A stretch of DNA of 64,000 nt from Harriotta raleighana (Eukaryota). Shown piece by piece: positions 1 through 12,856 of the stretch; positions within the stretch are counted from its first letter, which is position 1; every line of letters starts with the position of its first letter. A program made the translations under genes and the position numbers. The DNA is taken from NCBI GenBank assembly GCA_050575255.1, contig JBNZDD010013701.1, positions 6,364,084 to 6,428,083 of the forward strand. The letters are read 5' to 3'. The notes under the pieces were generated by a model, which had not been told where the DNA came from, searched no databases, and was given only the letters and a program-made list of their open reading frames with translations.

Positions 1-1146
1 AATCCAGAGCAGAATATCTTCTGCGAGAAAGTTATTTTCTGTATGTGGGATTCAAACAAAGTCAAAGTTGATAGCTGGCCACTGCAGACCAGCTTGGGAT
101 TGAGGCGGATGCATGTACTGGAAGAGGAGGCCAGTGGGAACCTATACATTAGGCCCACAAAAATGTTTTTTTAATATTACTATTTCAGGCCTGCTCTGGC
201 TCGGTATGAATTCCAGATATTCGGGAGTCAGGCACAATGGGATTTATTGTACTGAGTTTTTAGACTACACTTTTTGTTTGAGAGGGTTTATAATTCTACC
301 CAGGTGTTTTGGTTCAGAATCTAGTTATTTTTATCAGTCTGATTGAAAATTAAATTTGTCAGTTATAGAACTAGATCCTGCCTACGAGGAAAAGAAAATG
401 TTTCTATACATTTTCCATAGAAATAACAGTTTTACTGGCAATGATCATACCCAAAATGCTACTTGTTGCAATGCATTGTTAAAATTTGAATAAGTGCACT
501 TGGTATTCCTCCCCAGACCTGCTGAAGCCAGTAACTTGCATTTAGATATTACCCTTCATGTAGGATAATGTCTCACAGAGCTTGGTAAGAACGGGTTGCT
601 CTCTAAACAAGGTGAAGGGGGAAAGGGACGATGTTGGTGACCATATGCACAGTCAAACGGGTAGGATTTTAGGCAGGATTTAAATACATGTAGCGAAAGG
701 GCAAGGTAGAGCCAGTGAGTTCCAGCTGTTAGAGCAGGTAGTAATTGAGGGCTCAGCCACTAAACCAAAAACATCACCTGACTCCTAGTGAAATTGAGAC
801 AAACTATATAATGAGCTCTCTGACTTTATTAAATCATTGTACTCAACAAATGTTAGAGTGGCAAATTAAGTATTCCATAGCTTCCAAAGACAACTAAATA
901 AATATCTGAAAAGGATTAAATTACACAATATGGGTAAGAAGGCAGGTAAATGGGACTGAGGTGATTGTTCTTTAAAGAGCTATGATCGGCCGAATAGCCA
1001 TCATCTTAAATTCGATGATTCTATTCATAGATGAAACTTTTAACTTTATAAGTCCAGTGGTGTGTGTCAATACAATAATACCTATATTGCAGCCATCTTA
1101 GACACTCTCATCTCTCACAATATCTAACATTGGCTTTTTCTTAAAG

Positions 1147-1285
1147 TTATTTTCTAGTGGATTCAGATGGGTCAATTCTCATGCAACAGGAAGGAGTTTT
1201 CCGGACCAATTGCATTGACTGCTTGGATCGGACAAATGTGGTGCAAAGTTTGTTAGCCCATCGTTCCGTCCAGTCACAGCTTCAG
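1147..1285 (+). CDS. SACM1L: SAC1 phosphoinositide phosphatase, internal exon carrying the catalytic CX5R motif
   Basis: aag|ttat...cag|gtgag; translates [46 protein letters not shown] (SAC domain CxDCLDRT motif). Upstream exons are outside the window. Confidence 0.96.
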
Positions 1286-3488
1286 GTGAGCGCTCTTCTC
1301 AGGCATAGATTGCTCCTTTCTGACTATTTGGTTGAGTAAAAAATTTATTTTATTCAAGAATAGCAAAATGTTTACACAATTGGTCAAATAGGAGCCTTGG
1401 CACAGGCCTACATTCTTTCTTCTGATGAGCACCATAACTATAGCTACAATATATGTATTTATTCTGAAATCCCACTTGCCATGATCCTCTGGAATTCTGT
1501 TTTCATTCAATTAATGCAGGACCGACAAGCCTGTGTTTACTGACTAACATTTAATGTCTGATCGGTTACTGCTGGAAGCAATGCAATAATCGATTACAGT
1601 TTTGAGATGGTATAAAGAGGACAGACTGACTGCTGGCAGTAAATCAAGTTTAAGATAATTGAGAGGATCTTTTGCCTATGGAAACATGAGTCATGATGAG
1701 ATGATGTCAATGCACAGATTATCACAGATCCGCTTTCTAGTAAAGTGAAATGTGACACCAAACCATTTGATGCTCGTGAGCCAGTTTTGACATGCTAATG
1801 ACTTAACGTCTATAAATACCACAGCAATGCAGAGGGAAGGAGGAAGGGAACACTCCACATTCATTCTTTACAGAGAAAGTTTGGGCTATTTTTGTCCCTT
1901 CCACTTTTCAAAGATGTTACCTTGCTGAGGTACGGTGCCTTGCTCCTTTGGCTATTCTTCACTTTCGAAGCTGCGATAGTGAGTGTTGGCAGGTGCAATG
2001 CAACCAATTCTGATCATATTCTCGCTTGACATTCACATACTTGCACAACCAACAGGGTGGAGCCCTGGCTGATATTATACCGAAGGCTATTGTGATATTT
2101 GATCATTTTTTATGACCGTGGAGGTCGGGCTCAGACACAAGATTCAACAAAATGAGGCTTCTCCTATGTCTTGTCAGTGTAGACAATTTAACATTGTTCT
2201 TGTTATAAAAGAATTACTTAACTTCACATCTGATTGAAAAAACACAGCCGAGAGTGGAAGCCTTTGGTAGTGAAGAACAACTAGAGAGTCTAAGATTTCA
2301 TAGAACAATGCCGGAATGCATGATTGCACATAAATGAGAATATCCCAATCTTAGAAGCGATAAATTGTAAAGGGAATGGACAGTCGCATATGTTTACAAC
2401 AATCCAATTGAGGTGTTCAGGTGATGAAATTGCGCAAGCATCACTTCACAGTTTTATACGGTTCTGATTCCTGCAGTAAATTGTTTCCCTGAAGTCAGTG
2501 GAGTAGTATTTTTCCATGGTTTTTGCCAGTGGCAGCTGTGTTGAACAGAAGGTGCATTGTGCTGTTGAAGTGGATGATGCTCAAGAATCAATGATTGTGA
2601 CGGACAAGTTTGACAAACAATTTGCTGTTGATTATACAGGATTTTATTGTAAGAGTTGATCAAATGAACAATGTTCAATAGCAGTGAGAACTCGAGTACT
2701 GTTATTAAACATTTTTATGATACTGTAATTCAAAGATTCTGAGTTTACCAATTGTTTAAACTAGATGCTGTCTAGAATGTTTTTATTTAAACAGTTGTTT
2801 TATATTTTTTCATTTTCCTTACCTTTTCTGTTTCTCTCCAGAAGGTTTAATTTGAAATGGGGTTTCATACCTGGCAATGGTCCTCTGATATCTAACCCCA
2901 AGTGTCCATATTTCATTTGCTGTCAGAATATTTAATTCCAATGGGTAATCAGAGATAGGTCTGATTCCCTATGTATCTGGACTTTCCAGCAGTGCTTATT
3001 GAATACCGATCAGGTGTGAGAACCACCTGCTCCACCAACTCTTACCATTCAGCACTACTCTACCTGAGAATAGCTGACACAACCATTTATCCACTGAGTC
3101 GCAGGCTGGGCTGATAGAAAATCGCGGAAACATTTGCCAAAGATTGCGGGGCATTTGGCAGAAGTTTTGGGAAAATTGCGGAGGGTTGGTTGGTGCTATT
3201 GAGGATTGTATTTTGCGAAACAACCTGGATTAAAACTATAGGAATATATTTCCTGAAAATCTAGTTGTCTTTATAATACAAAAATTGTTAATGTGAATTG
3301 TGCAACATTTAACAAGATTTGGTCGCAGGAACTCAGTTTAGGCCAGGCGTCAAGCAAATAGACAACAGTGGAGTAATGCAGGAGGTATTTCTGTGGTGAG
3401 TCACTCAATAGAGAGTAAAGCAAATTTCTCACTTGCGTGATCCCAACACCCCCCATTCCACACACGTGCGACCAGAACCACTCTGCCC

Positions 3489-3809
3489 ATAATAATAATA
3501 ATCCTTTCATTTGATATAGAGCTTTTCATATCTTATCGATGTCTCAAAGCGCTTCACAGAATATACTGTAAAGTGAATTGACTGGATATTTGTGTTTGAA
3601 ATGTGGCAGTCAATTGTACACAGCAGTGTCCCACAAACAGTCATGGATTGAAAAAGACCAATTTTTATTATTGTGGATTTTTTTGGAGGGATTATTATTA
3701 GGCATGTGGAGTAAGGAAACTTGCCCAAGGTTTCGCCCTGACCTGCCTGGATTCGAACACAGGTTTCACGCTTGTAAGGCAAGTGCTCTAACCACTGAGC
3801 TACAGGAGT
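3489..3809 (-). mobile_element. full-length tRNA-derived SINE (Deu-like core, L2-type tail)
   Basis: head with A box TAGCTCAGTGG and B box GTTCGAATCC; core ctgtgtacaattgactgcc; tail tgtgaagcgctttgagac...gctctatatcaaatg(tta)n; many copies in the window. Confidence 0.85.
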
Positions 3810-4127
3810 AGTGTCGAGCAACCAGTGCGTATAGGCCTGGCCCTAGCACACTGTATGGACAGGTTTGTAATGGAGGAGGGCGTGTGTAGCGGAGATAGGT
3901 ATGTGTAACCGAGGGGCATTTGTAATAGGAAGAGGGATAGCGAATTCCACTGGAAAAGTACAGCCACATTTTTCTATTGGCCCAGGTCACAGGAAAGCTT
4001 TGTGTGTATTTTAAAGCAGGGAAAGTTTAGCCTAAAATTAATTCTGAGTATATTACAAATACCTAACGGTTAAGCGATTATTGCCTGCAAACTAAATTAA
4101 TGAAACATTTTTTTCTCTCCACTTTAG

Positions 4128-4197
4128 AGGATTGGAGTTCTTCATGTTGGCCAAAGAATTGAGGAACAAGCAGATTTTGAAAAGATTTACAAAAATT
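4128..4197 (+). CDS. SACM1L: SACM1L exon
   Basis: tag|agg...aatt|gtaagt; [23 protein letters not shown]; phase consistent with neighbouring exons. Confidence 0.95.
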
Positions 4198-4322
4198 GTA
4201 AGTTCAAATTCAATTTTCAATAACTATTTTATTGATTGTTCATAAAAAAAAACAATTGTTATCAATTGTCCTTTGTGTGGGTTAATGTTTTGGAGCTCAG
4301 TGGTCATTTGATTTGTTCACAG

Positions 4323-4395
4323 CATGGGCTGATAATGCGAATGCATGTGCCAAGCAGTACTCAGGAACTGGGGCCTTAAAGACTGACTATACAAG
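4323..4395 (+). CDS. SACM1L: SACM1L exon
   Basis: cag|cat...aag|gtaat; [23 protein letters not shown]. Confidence 0.95.
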
Positions 4396-5364
4396 GTAAT
4401 TATCTTTGAGCTTTAATTTTGAGTGCAATGGTTAGACTGCCCTTGTATCAGAACCGACATGAATTTGGGATGGCAACAACCAAGGTGGAGGAATACTATC
4501 TCTGAATGGCATTTTGCTGTTTTTATTCCATGGGATTCATAGGTATAAATCAAACGTCTACCAATGAAGTGACTTGCACCCATCCACCAAATAAATCTCT
4601 AATAAACAATTTTAGTAGAAGCGACTTCAGCATCCATTTTTTGAGATCATGTGGGATTCAATTAACTTCTGATAAGTTGAACTGGACCTTGGAAGAAATT
4701 GCTTTCGTAAGGTTGCGAGATCATACACTGAGTCAGAACTTTGAGCTAATTTACAGTCAGGGACAGAAGTCTCTCACCGGTCGATGGTGAATGATTTCCT
4801 AGAGTGTCATGACATGGCCGGCCAAACACCTGCTGAGGTCCAGGCAAGTCCACCCCAAATCAGTACCTTGTTTCCAGTAGCTACTGAAAAGCGATACACA
4901 TTATTTAACCATAAATTAAGAAAAATTCAACAAAGGAAAATGGATTGGCTGACCAAAAGGGTTGGCTCCCACTGGTCTACGGCTCTGATACTCCAGTGCT
5001 GACGTGGTGCTGCATTTCTTTGCTGGAGCTGCCGTCCTTTGGATGTGGTGTTAAACTGAGGTACCCACGGATACTTTTTGTGTCTAATCGTTGACCCAGA
5101 AATGTGTTGTCCAACATGCATATAATGCTACAATCGTGTTTAATTGCCTGCACTGCTATTTTCTGAAAAGCTTTACTGACACTTGAGTGAGAGAGTATTG
5201 GGAGAAGGATTTCTTTGTAGCTGCAGAACCTTCTATTCACATATTAAACATGTAATAATAATCCCTCAAAAACAACAATAATAAATTGGTCATTTCAAAC
5301 TACAATCAATGTATAATCACCATGAAGCTTAACCTGCTTCATCACTTGCTGACATCTTTCACAG

Positions 5365-5458
5365 GACTGGAAAGAGAACCAATTTAGGTCTAGTGATGGA
5401 TGGATGGAACTCAATGCTTAGATACTACAAGAATAACTTCTCTGACGGATTCAGACAG
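5365..5458 (+). CDS. SACM1L: SACM1L exon
   Basis: cag|gact...cag|gtaat; [31 protein letters not shown]. Confidence 0.95.
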
Positions 5459-5754
5459 GTAATGGAGCTTTATTATATTTGTTTGAAATGGCTGTTGATC
5501 TGTAATGCATATGATTGCATGTTTAAATGGAATTACATACTTTTTAAAAAACTTTTTAAAAACCCCAAATGATTGGGTATATTTCATTTGATGACAAGTC
5601 TGGCCTCAGTAAGCTATGTCTTACTGGGAACCTTTCCACCAGAAACTAAGTGTGCTTTTAAGTCCTTTGAATACTTGGAAGAGAGAAGCTTTGTTGCACT
5701 AAATTTGAAATGAGTTAGTTGATGCATAATATAGTTTATTTTCCTGAACTAATT

Positions 5755-5908
5755 TGCGGGGGTGTGAAACACTGCTGTGCACAATTGGCCACTGCGTTTC
5801 GCCCACAAATGTACAGTCAATTCACTTTACAATATATTCTATGAAGCGCTTTGAGACATCTAGAAGACATGAAAAGAACTGTATCAAATGCAAGGGTTAT
5901 TATTATTT
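5755..5908 (+). mobile_element. SINE 3' fragment (same family)
   Basis: cgcccacaaatgtacagtcaattcacttt...gcgctttgagacatctagaagac...attattatt. Confidence 0.8.
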
Positions 5909-6312
5909 TAAAGCAGTCTCAACTACCATCTGCAAGTACTGACAGCTTCTAAAAGGAGGTGTCTGACAATCTGAGAATGTTTGCCACTCTAGTCCCACAT
6001 ATGCTGAAAGTGATATCTGACACAATCCCAATATGCTGCTCAAGTCTTTCAGTTAGTTCAGTGCCTGTGAAACGGGAGTTTGTGTTCAATACTGTATAAT
6101 GCTTTATAATGCCAGGCTCAAATGGCAATCTTATAAGCAAACACTTTTAATTAATTAAGGTCATTGCTGATCAGATGGAAGTTTGAACAAAATTCAATTC
6201 AAACTTGAATTCCCCATGCAAAGCTAAAGTAATTGATAGCTTGATAACACCCTCTTTTAAAATAGGAATGGAAGAAACCGGATTAGAAATGAGATTGAAC
6301 ATTATAAGGATA

Positions 6313-6432
6313 ATAATAATAAATAAAAATAATCCTTGCATTTGAGGGAGCGCTTTTCACGTCTTCTAGACGTCTCAAAACGCTTCACAGAATATACTGT
6401 AAAGTGAATTGACTGCATATTTGTGGGCGAAG
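6313..6432 (-). mobile_element. SINE 3' fragment
   Basis: reverse-complement family tail. Confidence 0.8.
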
Positions 6433-6533
6433 CAGAGGGAAGTGAGCTAATAAAATGCTGTGATAGTTTTTCAAGCTACTGAGATCATGGAAATATGGCA
6501 ACAATTGACAACAGGTTCAGGATTAATAATGTA

Positions 6534-7480
6534 CAGTAAAACCTTGTTTATCTGGCACCCACGGGACCTGGCCAATGGAGGTTAAACATTTTTCCGGTTG
6601 AACGGATTTAAAAAAATAAAAAAAAATTAAAAAAAATTGTTTTAACACATACCATATTAATAATAGTCTAAATAACAACAGAATATTGATTTAGTACTTT
6701 TATTTATACTTAACTTTGCAATTGCAGCCCTCAAATCGCCCACAAATATACAGTCAGTTTTTCCTACTTTTCTTCCCCCGACCCCTCCCCCCACTTGACT
6801 GTACAGCGCCTTGGGACGTCCTCCTTACGTGAAAGGCGCTATATAAATATAAATAAATAAATAAGTAGCAACTTCTGAGTTTTAATAGCTTAGATAAGCA
6901 TCACTATGTGTGAGTTTCCATTAACAAATACAAATGACCTAGGTAANNNNNNNNNNNNNNNNNNNNNNNNNNNNNNNNNNNNNNNNNNNNNNNNNNNNNN
7001 NNNNNNNNNNNNNNNNNNNNNNNNNNNNNNNNNNNNNNNNNNNNNNNNNNNNNNNNNNNNNNNNNNNNNNNNNNNNNNNNNNNNNNNNNNNNNNNNNNNN
7101 NNNNNNNNNCCATCTTTCTTTCTCTCTGTCTATGTGTCTGTGTGTGTCTCTATCTCTCTGTGTCTCCCTCCCTCTCTCAATCTGAGTGTGTGTGTGTCTC
7201 TCTCTCTCTGTGTCTCTGTGTGTGTGTGTGTCTCTCAATCTGTGGTCTGTCTCTTTATCTGTGTGTGGCTCACCTGTAAAAATGGCTGCTGCCCAGGGCA
7301 GTTTAGACACGCCTAGTGGCCAACTGCAAGTATTGCACTCGCTTGCAATAGTCCATTCATTAAACGCGTCATCACTATTTGCCGGATAACTTACGGTTAA
7401 TCGAATCGGGACTTTTTTTTTAGGTGGCAGTTGAATGTGTTTTCCGGTTCATCAAGTCACGGATAAACAAGGTTTTACTG
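6534..7480 (+). mobile_element. non-autonomous Tc1/mariner (pogo/Tigger-like) MITE containing a SINE fragment, an N gap and a CT/GT microsatellite
   Basis: 21-bp TIR cagtaaaaccttgtttatc(t/c)g flanked by TA on both sides. Confidence 0.85.
6738..6863 (+). mobile_element. SINE variant with an alternative L2 tail
   Basis: cgcccacaaatatacagtca joined to ...ctgtacagcgccttgggacgtcctcc...gcgctatataaat; near-identical copy at 50761-50889 (-). Confidence 0.75.
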
Positions 7481-7715
7481 TAATACTGTAGAGGGATAGG
7501 AAACAACAGTATGTGCTTCCTGAGGTACCAAACTTGTCCAATGATTCCCTTTACCTTTGAGACATTTGACCCGTTTGAAAGGTCCTATTCAAGTGCAATT
7601 TATTTATATTAAATGTAAGGAATTTCTATAAATCCATACTGGGAATTATCTGCTGGCGCAACGTATTTTCAAATGTGATGGTAACCGATTGTTTATTTGG
7701 TGATAATACAGTATA

Positions 7716-8236
7716 CAGGTATTCCTCTCATAACATTGTACTGTATTTTGGTTCTTGAAAAGTGCAACTTTTAGCGAAATAACGTTAATTGAACACATTT
7801 TTCCCATAAGAATTAATGTATAAACTGGAGATAGATTATTTTGGATATTTTTTGTCCAAATTTTATTTTTTCAAAAATTATACTCACTCCCTGACTGCCT
7901 GCCCGGCTCACTCGCTGCCGGTCTCACTCGTTGCCAGCTGGCTGGTCTCAATCGCTGCCAGTCTCACTTGCTGCCAGCTGCCTGGTCTCAGTCACTGCCG
8001 GGCTCACTCGCTGCTGGTCTCAATCGCTGCCAACCTGCCTTGCTCTGTCACTGTCGGCCTGGCTCAATCCCATCCTCTTGACGGGCAGGCCCTAGCTCTT
8101 TCGTGCCCCTTTTCCACCGGCTGGCGAACAACACAATAGCGAATGTCACAACATTAAATGGATATATGTTCCCTATGTATCAGCAAAGTAATAACGAAAG
8201 AAAGTTAACCAAGGCAATGTTAAGCAGGTTTACCTG
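7716..8236. mobile_element. second Tigger-like MITE with an internal GC-rich tandem repeat
   Basis: imperfect TIRs caggtattcctctcataacattg / caatgttaagcaggtttacctg with TA flanks; internal (ctcactcgctgccg)-like repeats at 7880-8060. Confidence 0.65.
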
Positions 8237-8262
8237 TATTCAATACTTTATTCCTGTTTCAG

Positions 8263-8355
8263 GATTCAATAGACTTGTTTCTAGGAAACTATGTAGTGGA
8301 TGAGACCGACACAGTTGTTCTTCTACAGGACCAGAAAGAGTGGAGGTATCTGGCG
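8263..8355 (+). CDS. SACM1L: SACM1L exon
   Basis: cag|gat...gcg|gtgag; DSIDLFLGNYVVDETDTVVLLQDQKEWRYLA. Confidence 0.95.
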
Positions 8356-8604
8356 GTGAGTTTTGAATTGATTGTTTATTTTCATGAACATATTTATTAT
8401 TGAGCACAGATCGAGACTTCCTGAATTTAAACCATGTTCATGCAAACTTATCGTTAATACATTTTGTGTTTCGCCCTCATACACACACTCCATTCACTTT
8501 ACATTATATTCTGTGAAGCGCTTTGAGACATCTAGAAGACGTGAAAAGCGCTATATCAACCAAAGAAGATATTGGTTATCTATTCTCTACTTAACTGAGC
8601 TACA

Positions 8605-8910
8605 AAAACATCAAAATTATATTTGTATTGTGCCTTTCACATCGGACAGTCAGTATTTCAGATGGGACAAGGTCAGGATTGGGGAAGGTGGAGGGAAAGG
8701 AGGGGATTTGGGGTGACTGATGAGGGTTTTGAGGCGGACCTTGAAGAAGGCAAGGGAGGGGGGATATGGAGGATTGAATTCCAGAGGTTAGAGACAGAGT
8801 GGCTGAAGGCTCAAATTGGAAAGCCTGACATGCAGAGGGCATTGGCGTAGTCGAGCCTGGATGTGATGAAGCCATGAATGAGGGTTTCAGCGGCCTGATG
8901 GTGAAGTAGT
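8605..8910 (-). mobile_element. degenerate L2 LINE 3' fragment
   Basis: reverse-complement L2 tail plus ggaattcc/gccttcag motifs shared with 46656-47760. Confidence 0.6.
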
Positions 8911-9519
8911 GGCACGTTACATTCTGGTTTTTGTATTGGGGACAGAGTAAAATGAAGTCTTGATATTCCTTGCACTAAAGGTGTCTGGATCCCTTTTTAG
9001 ATGTTTTGCTCTCCACATAAGCGACTAATGAAATCTTCCTAATGACCACTCTCTTTCCAGTGTCTTGGGACGTCCTCCCCAGTGTCTTGGAATGTAATTT
9101 TGTTGTTGGGTGGAGTTGGAATGGGGAAATACAAAGCCTTGCGAACATCAGATCTCCTGCCCTACCCTTCTATTATGTTGCCATCAATTGATGGGTGGGA
9201 GGGGGTAGTGTCTCGCGCCTGTGAATTGCATAGTGTATCATTGCGGCTCTGCCTGGCATTTTTAATTATAAAAGTGCCAACTACTAGAGAGCGACACTCA
9301 AATGTCAGCACCTTCACCTCTTGGTACTTTGCCCTCTGAAATATAAAAGAAGCAAAAACTGTTGGTTTGAAGAGACAGTCAGGCTGAGAGCTATTTACAG
9401 TTTTATTGATTCCAAGAAGCAATTTGTTAGTTTTGATGGTTGGAAATGCACGGTTTTAGGTACGAAATAAAACTGCAAATATGCTATTGTGTAACCTTCC
9501 CTACTTGTTTCTTTCTCAG

Positions 9520-9577
9520 CTGCCGATAATCATGGTAGTGGCTTTCTCTATGTGTATCATCTGCCTACTTATGGCGG
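9520..9577 (+). CDS. SACM1L: SACM1L exon (first TM helix)
   Basis: cag|ctg...gcgg|gtaagt; LPIIMVVAFSMCIICLLMA. Confidence 0.95.
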
Positions 9578-10741
9578 GTAAGTCAACTTGTTGGAATGTC
9601 ATGTTACTGTGAAATACCCTTAAGTGAAATTAAATGATCCAGGCATGTCAATTTTACAATTCTATTTCTCCTTTGAAGTGCTGCTGGATCTGCTTTGGCC
9701 TGAAATACATGAATTGTTTGACTTGTACCTTCGCTGATGTAGACAAACCTGTGTGGGCTCAATCTTGGTTCTAAAAACCAGCGTCTCAAGACAATCGGAT
9801 AAGCCACAACAAATAATGTTTGTCTCCCTTCCAAAATGGACAGAGATTTGACTTGGGCAAAGGAGCCAACTCAGTTTACTAAATCAAATGCCTAAGAAAG
9901 CAGGCAAAATCAACAGAGGGAAATAAGGAATTTAGATGGTAATAGCAAACATGGAATATGGTCAAAAGGCAGAGAAAGAAGCAACATGTAGAGCAATATT
10001 AGAACAATTACAATTGGCAGAGTGTGGGTGGGTGGGGGGCAACGGGAACAGAGAATTCTATGAATAGGCTGGGTTGTAGGACTTAAATGGATTTTACATT
10101 TGAATTATTTGTTTAAAAAAATCACTACCACCGTTTGATAATTGCTTTGGAAATGAGGACCAAATTACTGGGAGCACCACAGTCATTTGCCTCAATTCTA
10201 TTGCCAACCACGTCACCCTGTGGCCAGGTTCAGCTCCAAGGAGACCCTAGCTTTTTCTTCCCCACCAAGGAGGGTAGTAACTAGTCCCAGCTTGGCAAGA
10301 GGCAGGAAGCTTGTCAGGAATTTCTCTCAATGGCAAACTGTTCATTTTTAATTTTTAACTATTTAAGCTCCAAGAATGCTCAACACATTTTTGTGTCCTC
10401 AAGAGTCATGTCTGTCATCAACCTGTGCCGAATACTATTGAGAGTTAGTTAAACAGACAAGGTGCATTCCTCTAGGGAGATTGTGCGTTCCATTCTAGTC
10501 ACAGGGAAATTTGCATTCGTGGGTGGTATGTGGAACTTTGTCTGATTTGAATATTCTTGAGGGTTTCTGCATGGATCAAACACTTAGCTGACCAAAAGAA
10601 AAAGAAAAAAATTGTGTGTTTCATTTACCGTGAAATATCAAATTAATACATACATACTTGCCAGTTTTTGTTTTTTTTAAAAAAAGGCAGTTGCAATTTT
10701 AAGTACGATCTTTCATATATTTTCTTTGGTCTTGATATTAG

Positions 10742-10878
10742 GTGACACCTGGACAGAGACCTTAGCTTATGTGCTGTTTTGGGGAAGTGCAAGTTTTGGA
10801 ACTGCAGCCATCATCCTCTTCAATGGAAAGGAATTTGTCGATGCACCAAAGTTGGTACAGAAGGAAAAGGTGGACTGA
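10742..10878 (+). CDS. SACM1L: SACM1L terminal coding exon (second TM helix, KxKxx COPI retrieval motif)
   Basis: tag|gt gac...; [47 protein letters not shown] ends at 10878. Confidence 0.96.
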
Positions 10879-11960
10879 ATGTGTACCTGTGGAAAGCAGC
10901 TTGGTCAAGATTCTGCCCCAATGTGGAGGATCTACTGACCTGCTTTCCACACCAAACATTTTGTTATTTTTAAAAAATAAGATTGATTTCTATGAGTGAA
11001 AATAATGGTGGTGGAGTACAGTCAGGCTCCAATCGTTCAGCCTTAGCCATGATTAATGTCCTTTTATTTTTGTCATTCTCACCGTTTTTTTTTCCAGACA
11101 TCTCACCAATGAAACAACAAAATCTGTAATTCATTCCATCTTTCCATCTTGATAGCTGAATTTGAGGTCCAAAATGTTAGCAAACATGGTATCAGTGTTT
11201 AAATGCAACAGGTGTATACTATTTTTTTCCCACTCAGCTTCTCTGTATATATCATGAAATAAGATATCTAGCAATAGCACACTTGCAAGTGGTGAGTTAT
11301 TGTCTCCGTACTTAAATTTGCTGAATTTAAGGTTTTATATAAATGCCTGCATGACCTCATATGCTGCTTCACATCTTTAGTGCAAACATCTGTTAGCAAT
11401 AAAGGTAACTTGAATAGTTGGCTGTAATTTACATGCAAAATTGTACAGTGAATTTTAGACCAATATGAAATTTATATTATGTTACAGGATCTACTGTATA
11501 GCTTGTTACCTCCAATTGTGCATTGTTGCTATTTTCTTTGTATTGATTACAGTATAATTCTACCATAGTTGAAGTGTTTATCTGCTCGTAGACAAAATAT
11601 CATTTTGCTAGTCAATGCAATACATCTCTGATATACATTTATTGGGCCCCGATTTCACCTTTTGGTTACAAAATTAAGATAATATTTAAAAGTCTGACAA
11701 ACTTGTTCAGGTGTTCAAAATGGAGCAGTTTATGAGTTAAGTGTGATTGGTAAAATAATGCACTCTGATTCACCTTTTCCCAAACAGTGCCTAGTTTTGT
11801 GTGCGTTTAAAAAACAAACAACAACCCAAAAAATTAGGTAGATTTATAGAGCGCCAACGAATTGCAACAGACACTAACCTAACCATTATGCAGTATGCCC
11901 CACTGGAGTTGCACAGATCGGGACTGAGACTGTACTGAAAGCAGAAACTTTGTAAAACGC

Positions 11961-12794
11961 CTTCTAATTGTTGTGCGATCGTTGAGAGTTGGTGAAGGGT
12001 GATTTAATCAGTGTATTCATAAATGGAGAACTAGAATTGTCTTTCTGAATAGAACTAAGGAATCTACTTGTATCAGATTAGCTCATACTTTTATCTGTAA
12101 AAGCAGTGCAAAATACTATTATTATTTATACACGTGAAACTGTAATCGTTTTTCTAACTATTTCCATTCCATTGTTACGCTGTTCTGTCTCTTTTTGTTT
12201 TTGTGTTTTTTTTTGAGTAAAGAATAATAAAATCTGATTAAGTATAAAAAGATATTCATTTTCTTCCACTTTACATTACAATATCTGCAAATACACCATA
12301 TTGTTGCCTGAATTATTACTGTTTCAGGCTTATTGAAAGGCTGAAAGTTATATGTGACTTTTCTGTGCCAGGGAAGTAATTTATCACAGCCTAATTTTCT
12401 TCCGGAGAGCTCATCCCTTGGAGGGATTATTCAAAACTAACCAAGGCACTGTTAATTATGTTGTAGGTTGCAAAGATTTGATTGTCAAATTCACTCATTT
12501 GCAGAATTACAAAAATACAATATTAGCTGGAGTTACATTATAAGGTGTGTCTTGCATCAACATCCTCTGCTTGAAGGAGTTTCTCAAGAATATTAATATT
12601 TGAGCTCAGTATTAGATCTATTACTAGCTAAATTATACATTTAGGTGATTTAGCAACCTTGGAAAATGACTTCAAATTGTTGTGCAATCATTGAAGGTTG
12701 GTAACGGGTGATTTAATCAGTGTATTCAGAAATGGAGAACTAGAATTGTCTTTCTGAATGGAACTAAGGAATCTACTTTTATCATATTAGCTCA
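11961..12794 (+). repeat. 125-bp dispersed direct duplication (11961-12085 and 12670-12794)
   Basis: gggtgatttaatcagtgtattca.aaatggagaactagaattgtctttctgaat.gaactaaggaatctactt.tatca.attagctca occurs twice, ungapped. Confidence 0.9.
12226..12231 (+). promoter_or_regulatory. candidate SACM1L polyadenylation signal (alternative AATAAA at 11398-11403)
   Basis: AATAAA after a U-rich tract at the end of an AT-rich, repeat-poor 3' UTR-like region. Confidence 0.5.
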
Positions 12795-12856
12795 GACATC
12801 ACTGACTGAATAGCCTCCTACCCTGCTGACACAAATTGTACAAAAGTATATTTTCC

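Noticed and set aside
1208-1237. SAC1 catalytic motif reads CIDCLDRT rather than CMDCLDRT
   Set aside because: Conservative change at a variable position of CX5R; the catalytic Cys, Asp and Arg are intact.
11995-12050. C/D-box snoRNA within the 125-bp duplicated unit (gtgattta...ctga)
   Set aside because: Poor C box, boxes only about 50 nt apart, no terminal stem, and not intronic.
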